From an uncultured Draconibacterium sp. (GTDB taxonomy: Bacteria; Bacteroidota; Bacteroidia; Bacteroidales; FEN-979): DNA of 61,964 nt. The stretch is from positions 1 to 61,964 of the forward strand of contig CAYHGE010000010.1 of NCBI GenBank assembly GCA_964355945.1. Direction: 5' to 3'. Each line of letters opens with the position of its first letter. The stretch's first letter is position 1. Under the pieces are notes generated by a model. It was given only the letters and a program-made list of their open reading frames with translations. It was not told the DNA's origin and made no database searches. Positions 8,932 to 18,438 of this stretch are shown here, piece by piece. Both the position numbers and the translations under genes were made by a program.

Positions 8932-10002
8932 ATGACTGACCTGGCACGAACCCGGTCATACCGGGATGGTACGGCTGACCTCTTAAAGGGGTTGGCTGTA
9001 CTTTTTATGATCCAGGTGCACATCATGGAGCAGTTTGTTACAGCCGATACCCAGGGCAGTGTGATCGGGAAAGTCTCCATGTTCCTGGGGGGGCCGGCAT
9101 GTGCCCCGGTCTTTTTAGCTGTGATGGGATATTTTCTGGCTTTTTCGGAGAAACCGCTCGCCTATTTTCTTAAACGTGGCGGAGTGTTATTTCTGGCAGG
9201 TATATTACTGAATATCGGACGTTCAGCACATTTACTGATCGAGATCTTCCAGGGTGAAACCTCAATCAATCCCTGGTTTTTCATCATGGGTGCAGATATT
9301 TTAACACTGGCAGGTCTCAGTATGATTGTTACTGGTTTTCTGCGTGTGATCCTAAAGGACAATGGCTGGTTTTATTTCATCACAGCCCTTATTATTGCAG
9401 CCTTAACCCCGATGTTAAACCAAATTGCCGCCACAGGCAAAGTGGGTGTGTATATCGCGGCCTTTTTTTGGGGATCGTCAGAATGGTCTTATTTCCCGGT
9501 TGTTCCATGGCTGGGATATGTCGTTGCCGGTTATGCTTTCCGCCTGTTTATAGTTCAGTACCCGTTATTGAACAAAATTGATGTGCAAAAGCAACTGCTT
9601 TATTTCATTCCCTTATGGATTGGGATTATGATCACCATTCCATATGCTTCCGTCATCACACACAACCTGTCGGAACCCGGAGGTTACTACCATCACGGGA
9701 TTCTCTTTTTTGTCTGGACACTCCTGTTTATGATCTCCTACCTGGTACTGGTGAAATTAACGGAGGTTTTATACGGAGAACAAGGGGTGGTGATCTTCAT
9801 TAAATGGATTGGCCGTAAAGTAACCAGCCTGTATGTCATACAGTGGCTGATCATCGGGAACCTGGCAACGTGGCTCTATCGCAGTCAGGACCTTTTCCAG
9901 TTTGTTGCATGGTTTGTCGCTGTCACCCTTGCCACAGTGATCATGGGATGGCTCGTTGAAAAGTTCCTGAAAAAAGTTTCAGCAGACAAATCCAGGAATT
10001 AG
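8932..10002 (+). CDS. DUF1624 / heparan-alpha-glucosaminide N-acetyltransferase-like membrane protein
   Basis: DLLKGLAVLFMIQVH, APVFL..MG, DIL..AG, YFPVVPW motifs; multi-pass hydrophobic. Confidence 0.8.
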   Translation: MTDLARTRSYRDGTADLLKGLAVLFMIQVHIMEQFVTADTQGSVIGKVSMFLGGPACAPVFLAVMGYFLAFSEKPLAYFLKRGGVLFLAGILLNIGRSAHLLIEIFQGETSINPWFFIMGADILTLAGLSMIVTGFLRVILKDNGWFYFITALIIAALTPMLNQIAATGKVGVYIAAFFWGSSEWSYFPVVPWLGYVVAGYAFRLFIVQYPLLNKIDVQKQLLYFIPLWIGIMITIPYASVITHNLSEPGGYYHHGILFFVWTLLFMISYLVLVKLTEVLYGEQGVVIFIKWIGRKVTSLYVIQWLIIGNLATWLYRSQDLFQFVAWFVAVTLATVIMGWLVEKFLKKVSADKSRN

Positions 10003-10004
10003 AG

Positions 10005-12056
10005 TTACCAGATTTTTACCTGAAGGCTGTCTGCCCGCCGCATGGGCTCCCCTTGCTTCACATCAAAAGCTGCATAAAACTCCGGGATATTAGCCAATGG
10101 CCCAAGAACCCGGAATTTCGCAGGTGAATGAACGTCGCTTTTTACCTGGTTGGCGATGGCCTCCGGGCGGTCGTTGATCATCCATGCCATGGCATAACCT
10201 AAGAAGTAGCGCTGATCGGGCGTGAGACCCGCGATGTTCTCCTTGTTTTTATATTGTGCTGTTTTTTTGAATGCTTCGTATCCAATTACAACACCGGCCA
10301 GATCGGCGATGTTTTCACCCTGGGTCATATCGCCGTTGATGTGGAGGCTGTCAACCGCGATGAATTCGTTGAACTGGCGTACGATCATCTTGGTTTTTGA
10401 ATAGAACCGAACACTGTCATCGATGGTCCACCAGTTGAACAGGTTGCCATACTCATCATATTTACTGCCCTGGTCATCAAAACCATGAGTGATCTCATGT
10501 CCGAAAGTTGACCCGCCAATGATTGAATAGAGGATGGCGTCATCCGCCAGTTCACGTTCAAATCCCGGAACGATGATGTTGCACCCGGGAACTACGATCT
10601 CATTGTTTGACGGGTTGTAGTAAGCATTGTAGGTTTGCGGCTGCATGTTCCACTCGTTCCGGTCAACCGGTTTCCCATATTTCGAGATCATGTATCCGAA
10701 CCACCATTTGTTGGAGTTCATGACATTTTGAATATATGAAGACCTGTTGATTTGCAAAGCACTCATATCTTTCCACTTATCCGGATAACCAACTTTGAAG
10801 ATCACCGCATCAAGCTTTTTCAGCGCCTTTGTTTTGGTGGTTTCACTCATCCAGTCGAGCGCTTTGATACGTTCGGCGTAAACTGTTTTGATGGCATTGC
10901 CAATCTCGCTGAGTTTTTCTTTGGTTCCTTTGGGCAGGTATTCATCAACATAGATTTGGCCAATCAACTCTCCCAGCGAACCGTCTGTCTCCTCAACAAC
11001 CCTTTTCCACCGGGGTTTGGGTTCCGGGACGCCGCGAAGCGTTGTGGAGTAAAAGTTAAAAGACTCCTGGTAGGTTTTGTCATCCAGGTAACGGGCCAAT
11101 CCATGAATATGATGGTATTTGAGGTAATCTTTCCAGACTTCAAGGGGAAATGATTTCAGATGCCGGTTAAAGGCAGTTAAAAATTCCGGTTGCCCGACAA
11201 TAACAGTGTCGACTTTTGTCAAACCTGAACTTTGGAAAAAGGTTGCCCAGTCGAATTCAGGAGTCATCCCGGTTAACCTCGTTGCGGCGAATTTGTTATA
11301 ATTTTTCAACGGGTCGCGTGTATCTGCCCGCTTGCGTGAACCGGATGCAATGGCGGTTTCAAGTTTCATGAGGTTTTCAGAGGCTTTTTTCGCATCCGTT
11401 TCCGGGTAGCCCATGATTTTGAACATGTTGGAAAGATGGTCTGTGAATTTTCCACGGATCATCACTGCACGGGCATCCTTATCAAAATAAAAATCCCGGT
11501 CGGGGAGGCTTAATCCGCCCTGGGAGATAAATACAGCGTTCTTACTGCTGATCCGGTCATCCTGTCCAATGTAAAAACCGAATGCAGGAGATCCGGATAC
11601 TGTATTGATGTAAGCAATCTCTGAGGCCAGTCCTTTCAGGTCTTTCACAGCATCGATCCGGTCGAAATCCTGTTTGAGGCCTGTGATCCCGTTTTTATTG
11701 AGGGCAAGGCTGTCCATTCCTGAAAAGAAAAAGTCACCGATCTTCTGTTTATTGCTTCCTGCCGCCTCGTTTGGATTGGCGGCGGAAGATTCGCAAATGT
11801 TTCTTATCTGGCTGTTAATCGTATCCTGGATGAGCTGCCATAACCCGTTGCTTTGTTCGCTTGCCGGGATAGGGTGCTCTTTAAACCATTTACCGTTGGC
11901 AAAGAGGAAGAAATCGTTGCCGGGATTGATGGTGCTGTCGATGTGTGATGCCAGCGGGTCGGTGGTTTGTTCGTTTTTTTGCCCTGTTTGGGAGTTGCAG
12001 GAAACCATTGCTGCCAGGAGGGCGAGCCATAGAAAGCTGGAATAATATCTGGTCAT
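10005..12056 (-). CDS. M13 family metallopeptidase (PepO/neprilysin-like) lipoprotein
   Basis: NAYY, HEITHGFDDQG, GENIAD, HSP motifs; lipobox MVSC. Confidence 0.95.
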   Translation of the reverse strand: MTRYYSSFLWLALLAAMVSCNSQTGQKNEQTTDPLASHIDSTINPGNDFFLFANGKWFKEHPIPASEQSNGLWQLIQDTINSQIRNICESSAANPNEAAGSNKQKIGDFFFSGMDSLALNKNGITGLKQDFDRIDAVKDLKGLASEIAYINTVSGSPAFGFYIGQDDRISSKNAVFISQGGLSLPDRDFYFDKDARAVMIRGKFTDHLSNMFKIMGYPETDAKKASENLMKLETAIASGSRKRADTRDPLKNYNKFAATRLTGMTPEFDWATFFQSSGLTKVDTVIVGQPEFLTAFNRHLKSFPLEVWKDYLKYHHIHGLARYLDDKTYQESFNFYSTTLRGVPEPKPRWKRVVEETDGSLGELIGQIYVDEYLPKGTKEKLSEIGNAIKTVYAERIKALDWMSETTKTKALKKLDAVIFKVGYPDKWKDMSALQINRSSYIQNVMNSNKWWFGYMISKYGKPVDRNEWNMQPQTYNAYYNPSNNEIVVPGCNIIVPGFERELADDAILYSIIGGSTFGHEITHGFDDQGSKYDEYGNLFNWWTIDDSVRFYSKTKMIVRQFNEFIAVDSLHINGDMTQGENIADLAGVVIGYEAFKKTAQYKNKENIAGLTPDQRYFLGYAMAWMINDRPEAIANQVKSDVHSPAKFRVLGPLANIPEFYAAFDVKQGEPMRRADSLQVKIW

Positions 12057-12195
12057 GGAGAATTTTTTCTAAAAATATCGGAAATGAATGAGGCAGCAAA
12101 GAAAAATCGATGAATGTGGTGAACTAAACGATATACCTGTGGAAAACCAGGCAGGTAGATTCCAGGAATGCTTTTCAGTGAAAGATCAAATAAAA

Positions 12196-12390
12196 TTAGT
12201 TCTCCTCAGGAATAATAATATTAAGGTCTTTGCAGATTTTCTGGGCCGTGAATTTTTTCACGTCACGGTGACGGGGAACGGTCGAAATAGCATTATTGGC
12301 AGGATTAAAATATAGACTATGGTTGCTGCCTTCCCGGAGAAGATAACAACCATTTTCTTCCAGATGACGGACTAATTTATTCCGTTTCAT
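12196..12390 (-). CDS. hicA: HicA family toxin
   Basis: 64 aa basic protein with REGSNH..Y and VPRH motifs. Confidence 0.88.
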   Translation of the reverse strand: MKRNKLVRHLEENGCYLLREGSNHSLYFNPANNAISTVPRHRDVKKFTAQKICKDLNIIIPEEN

Positions 12391-12623
12391 TAAGCGAATG
12401 ATAGGGTTTCCCTGTAGCTTTTTAACCCGTGTGGCTGGTTTTTTTGAGACAGAATTTTATTTGTTTCCAAAACCAATTGAATTGCCTCTATAAGATTGGT
12501 TTTTACTTCATCCAAGGTCTCTCCCTGCGAATTAGCCCCGGGAATCTCTTCGATATATCCGGAAAAACCACCTTCTGGTACTTCCAGAAAAACTGCGGTG
12601 AATGTGAGTTTTTTCAATTCCAT
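12390..12623 (-). CDS. hicB: HicB family antitoxin (short, no DNA-binding domain)
   Basis: EGGF...EEIPGANSQGETLDEVK.NL.EAI; stop/start overlap with hicA. Confidence 0.88.
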   Translation of the reverse strand: MELKKLTFTAVFLEVPEGGFSGYIEEIPGANSQGETLDEVKTNLIEAIQLVLETNKILSQKNQPHGLKSYRETLSFA

Positions 12624-12681
12624 TTTGAATACATATCAGATTATCACTTCAAAGGTACAGCATTTTCCTTTGAATTTAACA

Positions 12682-13071
12682 TCAGTGTCTCAGTGCTACC
12701 AGCAATGCCCCTGTGATATATGCTGCAATCCACCAGATATACGCCCCCCGGGAATACCAGTGAAGCCCTTTGGTTACGATGCTGCCCGGAGCATTCGTCC
12801 TGTAAAACCGCCAGATTAGAATGGCATCGATGAGCATGCCTGCCAGCGAAGAATATCCCAGGAATCCATGCAGTGTAAATGGCCCGCGGCTCGATCCAAG
12901 GATCATAAATGTTGTCGCAATGATGTCGAGCAGGACCCCGGAGGTGAGAAACGCAAGAACAGCCCTGGTAACCAGACGCTTGCGTTGTTCGGTAATGATG
13001 GCGATGCTGTAAGCGATCAGTGCAGTCTGTACAAGGATGATGCCGGTGAGGGAGAATGGGTTCATGGACAT
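12682..13071 (-). CDS. Four-helix membrane protein, HsmA/TIGR03987-like
   Basis: ALIAYSIA..TEQ, GVLLD..AT..M, LHG..G pattern. Confidence 0.6.
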   Translation of the reverse strand: MSMNPFSLTGIILVQTALIAYSIAIITEQRKRLVTRAVLAFLTSGVLLDIIATTFMILGSSRGPFTLHGFLGYSSLAGMLIDAILIWRFYRTNAPGSIVTKGLHWYSRGAYIWWIAAYITGALLVALRH

Positions 13072-13134
13072 GGATTGGTTGAGTCCGCAAAAGTAGTACT
13101 TTTTGGCAGACGTGCAGACGCGCAGAAGGTAGAC

Positions 13135-13168
13135 GAAAAAAGCCCCGGCCGGGTGAGGCTGGGGCTGG
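13135..13168 (-). terminator. Intrinsic terminator of the lipoprotein gene
   Basis: Minus strand agccccagcc-tcaccc-ggccggggct followed by a T-run. Confidence 0.65.
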
Positions 13169-13188
13169 AATGATGAGGTTTATTTTAT

Positions 13189-13893
13189 TTACTGAACTGT
13201 TCCGGTGGAAAGGTTGATGTAAAACTGTTTACCCAGTATGGTTAATGTGCCGGTATAATTTCCGGTGTAAACAAGCGTACCTGTGAAACCAAAACTTCTT
13301 CCTGTGCTTGTATTTCCGCTTACCACTATGGTGGCGGTTCCGCTCTCGGCAAGCATGGTTGTTTTACTGACCTGAAAATTGACCAGGGTGGTGCTTACTG
13401 TTGCGGTCATCGTGGTTTTGTTCCCGATTTTCATGGTGAAGGTGCCTTCACGCGACGATTGCCCGTTAACTACGTAACTGTCACCGGATAGTAAGCCGGT
13501 CACGTTTAACGCACCATCGCAGCTGATTCCTGCACTCACATTGGGTGAATTGTAGTTTCCCGAAGAATTATAGGTTAACTGAAAATTGTTAGGATTCAGG
13601 AACCCATACGAGTAGTTCATCTGGTATTGATACGTTATCACAGCACCCGGAATACTGGAAATTGTGAAGGAGGAATCGAACATGGCCGATTTCAGCGACA
13701 CTGCCTGCGAAAGTTCAACAGCATCTTCCACCTGCGTTATGGCGCCTGCATTCCCGGTACACAGGGATGTAGCCATGATCGAAGCTGCTTCGTCAGTTGT
13801 TGCATCCAAAGCGGGGGTTTCCTCTTTCTTTTTACAGCCGGCTATCATCATGATCGCCAGCAACATCATTGTTGCAAAATTTAACTTTTTCAT
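13189..13893 (-). CDS. Hypothetical lipoprotein
   Basis: Lipobox IAGC-KKKEE; Thr/Gly-rich beta-strand body. Confidence 0.8.
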   Translation of the reverse strand: MKKLNFATMMLLAIMMIAGCKKKEETPALDATTDEAASIMATSLCTGNAGAITQVEDAVELSQAVSLKSAMFDSSFTISSIPGAVITYQYQMNYSYGFLNPNNFQLTYNSSGNYNSPNVSAGISCDGALNVTGLLSGDSYVVNGQSSREGTFTMKIGNKTTMTATVSTTLVNFQVSKTTMLAESGTATIVVSGNTSTGRSFGFTGTLVYTGNYTGTLTILGKQFYINLSTGTVQ

Positions 13894-13940
13894 ATTTTGT
13901 TTTTAACTGGAATAATTCACAAATAATTATTTTTTCTATT

Positions 13941-14036
13941 TTTCTCGGTGATTCTCAGTGTCTTCTCAGAGAACCTCTGTGTAATTTTGTTTTTCAGAGT
14001 AACCACAGAGAAACTGCACAGAGAGCCACAGAGGAA
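13941..14036. repeat. CACAGAG/CTCTGTG short-oligomer inverted repeat
   Basis: ctcggtg..ctcagtg..ctctgtg opposite cacagag x3. Confidence 0.5.
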
Positions 14037-14068
14037 TTTTCATTAATAATACAGGTTAGGTTTGATGG

Positions 14069-14716
14069 TTATTTTTTGAGAAGGTCGTCGGTGATGAAGC
14101 GTTGCTGCGGATCCCAGAGCAGGAAAGCAACAGGGCTGTAATATCTGATAATTCCACGGTTTTCAAACCGTTTGATAAGCTGGGTACTTCCGATAAAGAT
14201 GAATTTATCATCGAGATAATCCTTCACGAGTGAGCTGACTCCCCTCTCCCAGGTGCCAAACAAGGTTGCCTGTTCATTTATGAGCAGGTTGATCTCCTTT
14301 TCATGTTTGTCGGCAATGGTCCATGCCTGTGCCATAATCCTTCGCATCTCGTCACGGCTTGCTTTCTGAGCCTCCTTTTGCTGCGCAGAGAAAGCAGTTG
14401 TCTTGCTAAACGAAAATTCTTCGGCAGTAAGAAAACCGGTTCCAGAGTTATTCCTTGATTTGATCAGCTGGCGGAGACGGCTGTTTAGCTGGTTGATCTC
14501 CTTTTTTTCTTCCTTGGAAAGAAATTGATCCAGCTTAACCCGTTGAGGCTGCATGAAAGGTTTTACATTCCTGTCAAGGTAATTTCGAATTTCAGAAACC
14601 AGTTTCAATTTTTCATTTTCAGTGGAGCTCCTGAAAGAGGTAAATAATACTAACCCGATCATCAGCAGCAAGGCCATACCGGAAGAACCTGATAGAATTT
14701 TTGTTTTTGTTTTCAT
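14069..14716 (-). CDS. Hypothetical exported helical protein
   Basis: N-terminal hydrophobic signal, charged helical body; divergent from the LytS/LytTR pair. Confidence 0.7.
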   Translation of the reverse strand: MKTKTKILSGSSGMALLLMIGLVLFTSFRSSTENEKLKLVSEIRNYLDRNVKPFMQPQRVKLDQFLSKEEKKEINQLNSRLRQLIKSRNNSGTGFLTAEEFSFSKTTAFSAQQKEAQKASRDEMRRIMAQAWTIADKHEKEINLLINEQATLFGTWERGVSSLVKDYLDDKFIFIGSTQLIKRFENRGIIRYYSPVAFLLWDPQQRFITDDLLKK

Positions 14717-14977
14717 GTGATGTTTTTTTAGAAGTTAGAATGTTTTTTGTTGACGAAGCAAAACTAGGTCATCTCTCATGCCGGAAAGAATAATTTCAAC
14801 CAACAACAGATTAGATACCACAACCGGATATGTGAGGTCCGATGTCGTTTATCGATATCGAATTCCCGTTGATGAGACAAAATATGCGGTAGGTTTAAAA
14901 AATGCAAGGTCATGATTGCATTACGACTATCATTGCAGTATATTTGATATGTTGTTAAAAGCCGGAAATGGTATATT

Positions 14978-15991
14978 ATGATGACGCAAAAAGGGTATCA
15001 ACGAATTTTGCATGCCGGATTCTGGGCTGTATTTTTCATCCTGAGTATAATAATCTTTTCCAACTTCTGGTCCCTTGAGATATCTTTCCTGCGTGCCCTT
15101 TTAAACGGCTCGTTGTTTATCCTGGTTTTTTATCTCAACCTGCTTGTCCTGATTCCTTACCTGTTTGTTAAAAAACGTTACGTTCTTTACGGGTTCTCCA
15201 GCCTGGTTCTTATCGTAGTCTTTATTACCATCCGAATCGCAATGAGGGAATTTCTCTATGGGCTTCCTTCCTCAGCAGAATTACACGACCGGCCATACCA
15301 GAGTGAATTTATGATTGTTACCAGTTTTCTTTTCATCTTCGGGCTCAGCATCTTTGTTAAACTCGCCAGGAACCATTTTGATGCTGCCGAACGTAACAGG
15401 GAGATCCTGAGACAACGGGATGAAGCGGAATTCAGGATGCTGAAAGCCCAGGTAAATCCACACTTCCTGTTCAACACCCTCAATAATCTGTATACGCTGG
15501 CCTATACCCGCTCAGAGAAAACAGCCGAAGCCATCCTCTCCTTATCTGAGATCATGCGATACCTCATTTATGAGGCTGGAGCCATACAAGTTCCTGTCGA
15601 AAAGGAGATCAGATTCCTGACCAACTATATTGAACTCGAGAAGTTGCGGATCGAAGACCCCTCAAAAGTGTCTGTGTATATCGAGAATTCATCTGAAAAT
15701 ATGATGATTTCTCCGCTGATTTTCATTGCGTATGTTGAGAATGCCTTTAAACATAGCGGTATCGATGTCGATCCGGAAGGGTTCATCCAGATTTTTTTGG
15801 CCTTTCGCACAGGCAAAATCTTATTCACATGCGAAAACAGCATACCGATTACTGATGTTCAGCACAAGGATGGAGGAACAGGGTTGCTCAATGCAAAGTC
15901 AAGGCTTGAACTGATTTATCCCGGGAAATCTGAACTGGTGATCAAAAAGTCAAACCTGGTCTATCACGTAACATTAACAATAGCATTATGA
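14978..15991 (+). CDS. LytS/YehU-type sensor histidine kinase
   Basis: LKAQVNPHFLFNTLNN, ENAFKH, GGTGL.N; N-terminal TM helices. Confidence 0.95.
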   Translation: MMTQKGYQRILHAGFWAVFFILSIIIFSNFWSLEISFLRALLNGSLFILVFYLNLLVLIPYLFVKKRYVLYGFSSLVLIVVFITIRIAMREFLYGLPSSAELHDRPYQSEFMIVTSFLFIFGLSIFVKLARNHFDAAERNREILRQRDEAEFRMLKAQVNPHFLFNTLNNLYTLAYTRSEKTAEAILSLSEIMRYLIYEAGAIQVPVEKEIRFLTNYIELEKLRIEDPSKVSVYIENSSENMMISPLIFIAYVENAFKHSGIDVDPEGFIQIFLAFRTGKILFTCENSIPITDVQHKDGGTGLLNAKSRLELIYPGKSELVIKKSNLVYHVTLTIAL

Positions 15992-16716
15992 AGATCCGCT
16001 GCCTGATTGCCGATGATGAACCACTTGCCATTAAGCTGATTGCCGATTATATTTCCCGTATCTCACACCTGGAACTCACCGGTAGTTGCAAACGGGCAAC
16101 CGATGTCCCCGGATTAATTGGCCAGGTTGATCTTTTGTTTCTGGATATCAGGATGCCAGGTCTTTCAGGACTGGAATTGCTGAGGTCGTTGCATGTAAAA
16201 CCCATGGTGGTGCTCATCACAGCCTACTCAGAGCATGCTGTTGAAGGTTTCGAACTCGATGTACTTGATTACCTTGTCAAGCCGGTCACATTTGAACGCT
16301 TTCTGTTATCAGTTAACAAAGCCACCAGACAGTTTGAAATGCAGCATCCGGCAACCGGTATAATCCAGGCAAATCAGGATGCAAAACCATCAGCCGAACC
16401 AGAAGGGAAAGACTATTTTTTTGTGAAAAGCGGTTTTAAATCGGTAAGGATCAACTTTGAAGATATTTTATATATTGAAGGATTGAAAGAATATGTAAGC
16501 ATATACACCACCGGCAACAAGCGATTCGTCAAGCTGGCAGCACTGAAGGATCTTGAGCGGATTCTCCCCCAAAGCCGGTTTCTTCGGATTCATAAATCAT
16601 ACATTGTGGCGGTAAACAAAGTGACCGCCGGATATGGCAATATCGTTGAACTAAATCAGGTTTGTTTGCCTATTGGCAGGATGTATAAGGATGCAGTCAT
16701 GAAGGTGTTTTCATGA
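15988..16716 (+). CDS. LytTR family response regulator
   Basis: DDEPLA, FLDIRMP, DYLVKP receiver; FLRIHKSYIV LytTR domain; 4-bp overlap with the kinase. Confidence 0.95.
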   Translation: MKIRCLIADDEPLAIKLIADYISRISHLELTGSCKRATDVPGLIGQVDLLFLDIRMPGLSGLELLRSLHVKPMVVLITAYSEHAVEGFELDVLDYLVKPVTFERFLLSVNKATRQFEMQHPATGIIQANQDAKPSAEPEGKDYFFVKSGFKSVRINFEDILYIEGLKEYVSIYTTGNKRFVKLAALKDLERILPQSRFLRIHKSYIVAVNKVTAGYGNIVELNQVCLPIGRMYKDAVMKVFS

Positions 16717-16777
16717 TACGAGATCCCTGGTTTTTATGGTTGTCACTCAGTGAAATCCCTTAACAAGTCACTAAATA

Positions 16778-18433
16778 TTGGAACCCATGAGGAAGTTATT
16801 TAAACCGAAATCAGCAATACTGATTTTTTTGGCAGTCGTCTGCCTCTTTTCTGGACGCTTGAATGCCCAGAACAACCCACCGCTCACCGTTGCGATTTAC
16901 GATTCTGCGGCAACAACAGGCTACATTTTTCTGGCACCTTACATTTTAACACCGCCATACACCTACGATCACCCGCAAATGATCCTCGACCGTTATGGAA
17001 ACACCGTCTATTACCGTGTTTTTATGAACGGTGGTATTGCAGCGACCACTGCCGATTTTAAACTCCAGTCCAATTGTTTGATGAGTTTTTACTCGCCAAT
17101 TCTCGGTAAATTCTATCTGATGGACAGCACTTTTTCGGTGGTCGATTCAGTAAGTGCCGGCAATGGTTTCGGAACCGACACCCACGAACTTCAGATACTT
17201 TCAGATGGGCATTATCTCATACTGGGAAGGGAGATGCGTGTGATGAACCTCACAGCTTACCATTGGTTCGGCCCTTCACATAATTTGCCCGGGAGTCCAA
17301 ATGCCGAGGTGACCGGCTCTGTGGTGCAGGAACTGGATGAGAATAAAAATGTCATCTTTCAGTGGAAAGCGCATGATCATTTTGATTTCGGAGATGTTGA
17401 CCCTTTTTGGCTCAGCAACCCGACATCGGTTGACTGGACCCACTCCAATGCACTCGAACGCGATTTCGACGGGAATATCCTCCTATCCTCCCGGCATTTC
17501 AATGAGATTACGAAGATCAGGAAAACTGATGGTGGCATCATCTGGCGCATGGGAGGGAAAAGCAATGAATTTGTTTTTACAAACGATACTTTAGGATATA
17601 CAGGGCAGCACGATATTCGCAGGTTGTCCGACGGGCATGTCACACTATGGGACAATGGGCAGTATACCGACCCGCCGGTTGGAAGGGCTTTGGAGTTCAG
17701 TCTTGACGAAACAGCAAAAACAGCTACACTGGAATGGGGTTATATTCAGGATTCAGGGATGTTCAGTTATGCCATGGGAAATCAACAACGGCTTTTGAAT
17801 GGGGACCGTTTTCTAACCTACGGATTTATTTCACCACCATATCCAATGGTCGCCCACGTTAAACCCGATAGTACCAAAGTGATGGAGATTTTCGCACCAC
17901 CGGGATATGGTTGCTACCGTGCATTTAATTATGAGACATTACCTTTTTCATTAAACCGGCCGGATTCTCATTGTGAAAAGAATGGCGATGTCTGGTATTT
18001 GGTGGCTGAGCCCGGGCACAGTGAATATTTATGGTCCACAGGTGAAACCACCCAGTCAATTCAGGTTACAACACCCGGAAGGTATCAGTTTTTTGTTCCT
18101 TATGGGAATGATGGCCATATAGGTTCAGAGATCATTGTGGTTAATAATTTATCCGGACAGGAAGATGAGTTCACAGAAATTGAAGATCAGGATTTTCGCA
18201 TATTTCCAAATCCCACCCCGGGTAACTTTACGATAGCATCCGCGAACATCCATTTTCGGGAGAAGGTTGCAGTAGAATTATATTCGATGCTTGGGACACG
18301 GATACTATCCATTGACCTGACCGGTACCATTAACGAACATCTGTCTCTAGGGAAATTTCCCGCAGGGCTCTATTTTGTCAGAATAGTGGCTGATGACAAG
18401 GTGGAAACTATCAAATTGGTGAAACGAAACTAA
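16778..18433 (+). CDS. Arylsulfotransferase (ASST) family protein with T9SS C-terminal domain
   Basis: DTHEL, DWTHSN, GQHD motifs; C-terminal IFPNP...GLYFV..KLVK. Confidence 0.85.
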   Translation: MEPMRKLFKPKSAILIFLAVVCLFSGRLNAQNNPPLTVAIYDSAATTGYIFLAPYILTPPYTYDHPQMILDRYGNTVYYRVFMNGGIAATTADFKLQSNCLMSFYSPILGKFYLMDSTFSVVDSVSAGNGFGTDTHELQILSDGHYLILGREMRVMNLTAYHWFGPSHNLPGSPNAEVTGSVVQELDENKNVIFQWKAHDHFDFGDVDPFWLSNPTSVDWTHSNALERDFDGNILLSSRHFNEITKIRKTDGGIIWRMGGKSNEFVFTNDTLGYTGQHDIRRLSDGHVTLWDNGQYTDPPVGRALEFSLDETAKTATLEWGYIQDSGMFSYAMGNQQRLLNGDRFLTYGFISPPYPMVAHVKPDSTKVMEIFAPPGYGCYRAFNYETLPFSLNRPDSHCEKNGDVWYLVAEPGHSEYLWSTGETTQSIQVTTPGRYQFFVPYGNDGHIGSEIIVVNNLSGQEDEFTEIEDQDFRIFPNPTPGNFTIASANIHFREKVAVELYSMLGTRILSIDLTGTINEHLSLGKFPAGLYFVRIVADDKVETIKLVKRN

Positions 18434-18438
18434 ACCTC

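Noticed and set aside
14780-14880. LytTR direct-repeat operators between the divergent genes
   Set aside because: Only degenerate matches; plausible but not definable by eye
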